From: Alphaproteobacteria bacterium
GTDB taxonomy: Bacteria; Pseudomonadota; Alphaproteobacteria; SP197
Assembly (NCBI GenBank): GCA_965228895.1
Contig: OZ245842.1
Location: 160,001-224,000 of the forward strand
Length of the DNA stretch: 64,000 nt
Direction of reading: 5' to 3'
In this document: one piece after another, positions 63,031 through 64,000 of the stretch
Position numbering within the stretch: the first letter of the stretch is position 1
Layout of the letters: every line of letters begins with the position of its first letter
Program-made: the position numbers and the translations under genes
Notes under the pieces: generated by a model
The model's input: only the letters and a program-made list of their open reading frames with translations
Told to the model about the DNA's origin: nothing
Database searches by the model: none

Positions 63031-64000
63031 ATTACGTGCGGCGGATCGGCTTGAAGCGCTTCGCGGATCAAGCGCTGGAAAAAGATGGTGCCGGGCTCCT
63101 TTTCTGGCGACAGCTTGCCGGATTGGTAGATCCCGGCCTCCAGGTTCATCTGCACCTTCAGACAAACGCCCATGTCTTCGTGCATGATGGCAATCGAATC
63201 CTCGATGTACGTTCGGCCATAGGCTTCCTCGCCTTCCGGGAACCAGTACCAGGAACGGATGGTCAAAGCGCCGGCACGATCCGGTTCGACCTGCTCGATA
63301 TTCAGCGCGCGGTCGGAATAGTGCAGCAGCAGCCCGGGGAACTTGTAGATCCACAAACCCTTGTTGGCGCGCGTGTCGGATTCGCCGCCATAGTCGACGT
63401 GAAAACCGACAAAACCGCCGTTCTCGTACGGCCGGATCTCGGCGCCCGACACCGCCTTGTTGAGCGCGCCGTGGACGAAGGGCAGGTGGTAACCCTCGCA
63501 CGAGTTGTCGCCGTACGCCTTCCAGTCGCAGGCGCCGTCCACGCTTGTCTTATCCAGGAAGACGAAGCTCTTTGCCGCCGGGTAGTCGTCGGCCAGGCGC
63601 CCGACATCGCCCATCCAGGCGGCGAGGTCCGGCGCAGCCTCTTCCAGGCAGACAAAGACAAGGCCTCGCCAAGTTTCGACGCGCACGGGGAAAAGCCCGA
63701 ACTTCGATTTGTCGAGGGCGCCGGACTCGGGAAACCCCGGCGCCGTTCTCAGACTGCCGTCGAAACCGTAGATCCAACCATGGTACTGGCAGCGCAACGC
63801 CTGGGAGCGTCCGCCGTCGTCCGTGAAAAGCGGTCCGGCGCGATGGCGGCAGACATTGTGGAAGGCGCGCAAGCCACCCTCGCGATCACGCACCACAAAG
63901 ACCGGCCAGCCCGTCACGTTGGCGGTGACATAGTCGCCTGCCTGCGCCAATTGTTGCTCGCGGCCAACCAGCCACCAATTGCGCGCGAAGATCATCTGGC
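63015..64000 (-). CDS. Rieske oxygenase alpha subunit (choline monooxygenase-like); 5' end outside the window
   Basis: NVCRHR and CQYHGW (Rieske ligands), DNSCEGYHLPFVH (mononuclear Fe), EDMGVC..VQ. Confidence 0.93.
   Translation of the reverse strand, partial: QMIFARNWWLVGREQQLAQAGDYVTANVTGWPVFVVRDREGGLRAFHNVCRHRAGPLFTDDGGRSQALRCQYHGWIYGFDGSLRTAPGFPESGALDKSKFGLFPVRVETWRGLVFVCLEEAAPDLAAWMGDVGRLADDYPAAKSFVFLDKTSVDGACDWKAYGDNSCEGYHLPFVHGALNKAVSGAEIRPYENGGFVGFHVDYGGESDTRANKGLWIYKFPGLLLHYSDRALNIEQVEPDRAGALTIRSWYWFPEGEEAYGRTYIEDSIAIMHEDMGVCLKVQMNLEAGIYQSGKLSPEKEPGTIFFQRLIREALQADPPHVMRIAM

Overview
A GC-rich chromosomal window whose genes look alphaproteobacterial (probably Rhodospirillales-like; inferred from protein style and gene order). 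A housekeeping backbone (rnhB, PA0069 radical SAM, glycosyltransferase pair, moaB, slt, UDG, ETF-QO, TPR lipoprotein, ispE, nucleotide-sugar dehydrogenase, tRNA-Gln) is interrupted and followed by many catabolic and accessory genes. No CRISPR array, rRNA, prophage or intact transposase/integrase was seen. The strongest candidate for an undescribed system is at 6203-9100. There a recombinase-less three-gene cassette (TauD dioxygenase, DUF4437-like cupin, LysR) is bounded by clusters of degenerate 28-30 bp palindromes, the main pairs 17 bp apart, and by a 6-bp direct repeat. It appears to have inserted into, and split, an internally deleted IS5-family relic. Other leads: a 140-bp double-hairpin repeat family with compensatory changes, a ytfJ/ytfI-like operon behind an FNR/FixK-type box, three tandem GFA paralogs with an amidase and a double EutQ cupin, and a NUDIX/DMFase-beta/ASCH/THI5-like run. 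All family calls come from motif recognition by eye; no database searches were run.
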